Shown piece after piece: positions 62,277-64,000 of a stretch of 64,000 bases of DNA. Numbering within the stretch: the first letter of the stretch is position 1; every line of letters begins with the position of its first letter. This stretch comes from Cyanophora paradoxa CCMP329 (taxonomy: Eukaryota > Plantae > Glaucophyta). Position numbers and translations under genes: made by a program. The notes beneath the pieces are model-generated. The model was given only the letters and a program-made list of their open reading frames with translations, ran no database searches and was not told the DNA's origin. The DNA lies in assembly GCA_004431415.1 (NCBI GenBank), contig QPMI01000085.1, forward strand, positions 124,001-188,000, read 5' to 3'.

Positions 62277-62606
62277 TCACCAGAAAAATATGGGTTGGCG
62301 CCCCGTACGTCTCGGGGAACTGCCTCTCCCACCTGCGCATGGCCGCGTCCCTCTGGTCGTCGAAGCTACGGTAGGCCGCGGCCCTCTGCCCATCACGATT
62401 TGCCAGAGCCGTGCACGGACCTCGTCCTGCAGTCTGTACACCCAATCGCGAATGTTCTCGACGATATCCGTCGGCAGCGTGGCCAACCCCGCCTTGATCT
62501 CGGGTACATCCGTGGGATCCTCTTCGAGCGTAAGCTTCTGCATGCGAGCGCGCAGCATCTCAATTTGCGTATCGATTGGGGCCCAATAAGGGATAGATCG
62601 AGACAT
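62277..62606 (-). CDS. Viral protein with F-box-like motif
   Basis: LATLPTDIVENIRDWV; ATTTCTCAG upstream. Confidence 0.6.
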   Translation of the reverse strand: MSRSIPYWAPIDTQIEMLRARMQKLTLEEDPTDVPEIKAGLATLPTDIVENIRDWVYRLQDEVRARLWQIVMGRGPRPTVASTTRGTRPCAGGRGSSPRRTGRQPIFFW

Positions 62607-64000
62607 CGGGGTACGGGGTCACTGAGAAATAACACTGGGTCGGAAGAGGAGGTACCCCACCAGGATCCCCGCTATAATCCAGAGGGGCGACCAGTCGCGC
62701 TCCGCCGGCGCGCCCCGGGCGTCACCATCAGCTGCCCCGCCCCGGGCCTGCGCAGGCCGTGCGTGCGGTGGTCCGCCCAGTGCGGGCGCGGGAACTGCTC
62801 CTGCGGCATGCGCTCGGGGTAGATGCCGTCGAATCGGTTCTGCATTTGGTACATGTCCCTATCGAACAGCAGGGAGGCCATTTCTCAATTTGGGGAGGGA
62901 CTTAGAAATACTGCCCGTGAGCTCCCTGTCGCGGATCCTGCGAAAATCCGCGAAGAGCCCGCGCGCGCAGCGCCTGCAGACGAGGCGGGCCCGCCCGCCA
63001 CGCGCGCCACCGAGATCTCGTGGCCGAACTGCAGGTGGCCCGGGAAGCAGGTGGGGGGTAGTCGCAGACGAAGCAGTGGCAGGGGCAGTTGCGCCGCCGG
63101 ATCACATCTGAATTGCAATCGCGGGCTCGCTCGCCGCCTTCCTCGGCGCGCGCTGGCGCTTGGGCTGGGCCTCGAGCGGGCTCGGGTCGCCCTCCGCGGG
63201 GCCGCCTTGGCCTTCTGCCGGGGCGCCGCGGGGGCTTCGGGGCCGTAGGGGCTGCCGGTGCCTGGCTCGAGCCGGCGGCCGGCCAGCGGCGTCGGTCACC
63301 TGCGGCGCTGCGGCGGCGGGCTCGAGCCAGGCACCGGCAGCCCCTACGGCCCCGAAGCCCCCGCGGCGCCCCGGCAGAAGGCCAAGGCGGCCCCCGCGGA
63401 GGGCGACCCGAGCCCGCTCGAGGCCCAGCCCAAGCGCCAGCGCGCGCCGAGGAAGGCGGCGAGCGAGCCCGCGATTGCAATTCAGATGTGATCCGGCGGC
63501 GCAACTGCCCCTGCCACTGCTTCGTCTGCGACTACCCCCCACCTGCTTCCCGGCCACCTGCAGTTCGGCCACGAGATCTCGGTGGCGCGCGTGGGCGGGC
63601 GGGCCCGCCTCGTCTGCAGGCGCTGCGCGCGCGGGCTCTTCGCGGATTTTCGCAGGATCCGCGACAGGGAGCTCACGGGCAGTATTTCTAAGTCCTCCCA
63701 AATTGAGAAATGGCCTCCCTGCTGTTCGATAGGGACATGTACCAAATGCAGAACCGATTCGACGGCATCTACCCCGAGCGCATGCCGCAGGAGCAGTTCC
63801 CGCGCCCGCACTGGGCGGACCACCGCACGCACGGCCTGCGCAGGCCCGGGGCGGGGCAGCTGATGGTGACGCCCGGGGCGCGCCGGCGGAGCGCGACTGG
63901 TCGCCCCTCTGGATTATAGCGGGGATCCTGGTGGGGTACCTCCTCTTCCGACCCAGTGTTATTTCTCAGTGACCCCGTACCCGATGTCTCGATCTATCCC
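62590..64000. repeat. Long fold-back palindrome, apex at about 63295, running off the window
   Basis: 62590-63272 is the reverse complement of 63319-64000 apart from homopolymer indels. Confidence 0.97.
62672..62881 (-). CDS. Small viral hypothetical protein (mirrored at 63710-63919 on +)
   Basis: 69 aa; ATTTCTAA upstream. Confidence 0.5.
   Translation of the reverse strand: MASLLFDRDMYQMQNRFDGIYPERMPQEQFPRPHWADHRTHGLRRPGAGQLMVTPGARRRSATGRPSGL

Larger units (their letters stand above)
40640..64000. mobile_element. Endogenous viral element, nucleocytovirus-related; left border approximate, right end not seen
   Basis: Abrupt switch to intron-free, tightly packed ORFs with a shared upstream motif; NCLDV-type capsid, YqaJ, SSB-like, DUF5767-like, origin-binding helicase and HNH-AP2 genes. 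Confidence 0.88.

Noticed and set aside
63273-63318. Sequencing adapter at the palindrome apex
   Set aside because: The GC-rich apex does not resemble a SMRTbell adapter; a fold-back artefact is still possible.

Overview
The window has two compartments. (1) About 1-39.3 kb is GC-rich eukaryotic nuclear DNA with many short introns (about 45-70 nt, often GC-AG). It carries 13 host genes: filamin-repeat kinesin-14, FHA-RING ligase, two F-box/LRR proteins, a small putatively mitochondrial protein, GT5 starch synthase, class IV sirtuin, METTL21-like methyltransferase, stand-alone hisF, DYRK kinase, VTE3, a divergent FabF and a VEK-repeat protein. Phe-containing transit peptides, a starch synthase without a transit peptide and a stand-alone hisF suggest a glaucophyte such as Cyanophora (inference). 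(2) About 40.6-64 kb is a compact, intron-free endogenous viral element related to nucleocytoviruses. It encodes a double-jelly-roll major capsid protein, a YqaJ exonuclease, a probable SSB, a DUF5767-like protein, an HNH-AP2 nuclease, GNAT and F-box-like accessory genes, and a UL9/origin-binding-type helicase bracketed by inverted hairpin repeats and helically phased iterons. About 20 viral genes share an upstream TTTCT motif, and the window ends in a fold-back palindrome of at least 1.4 kb. A local duplication also shows a candidate mutational process (inverted micro-triplication) that could explain the palindrome-saturated non-coding DNA. Single-base indels in homopolymers indicate an imperfect long-read consensus. 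Host CDS coordinates are gene spans including introns. All family assignments are by motif recognition; no searches were run.
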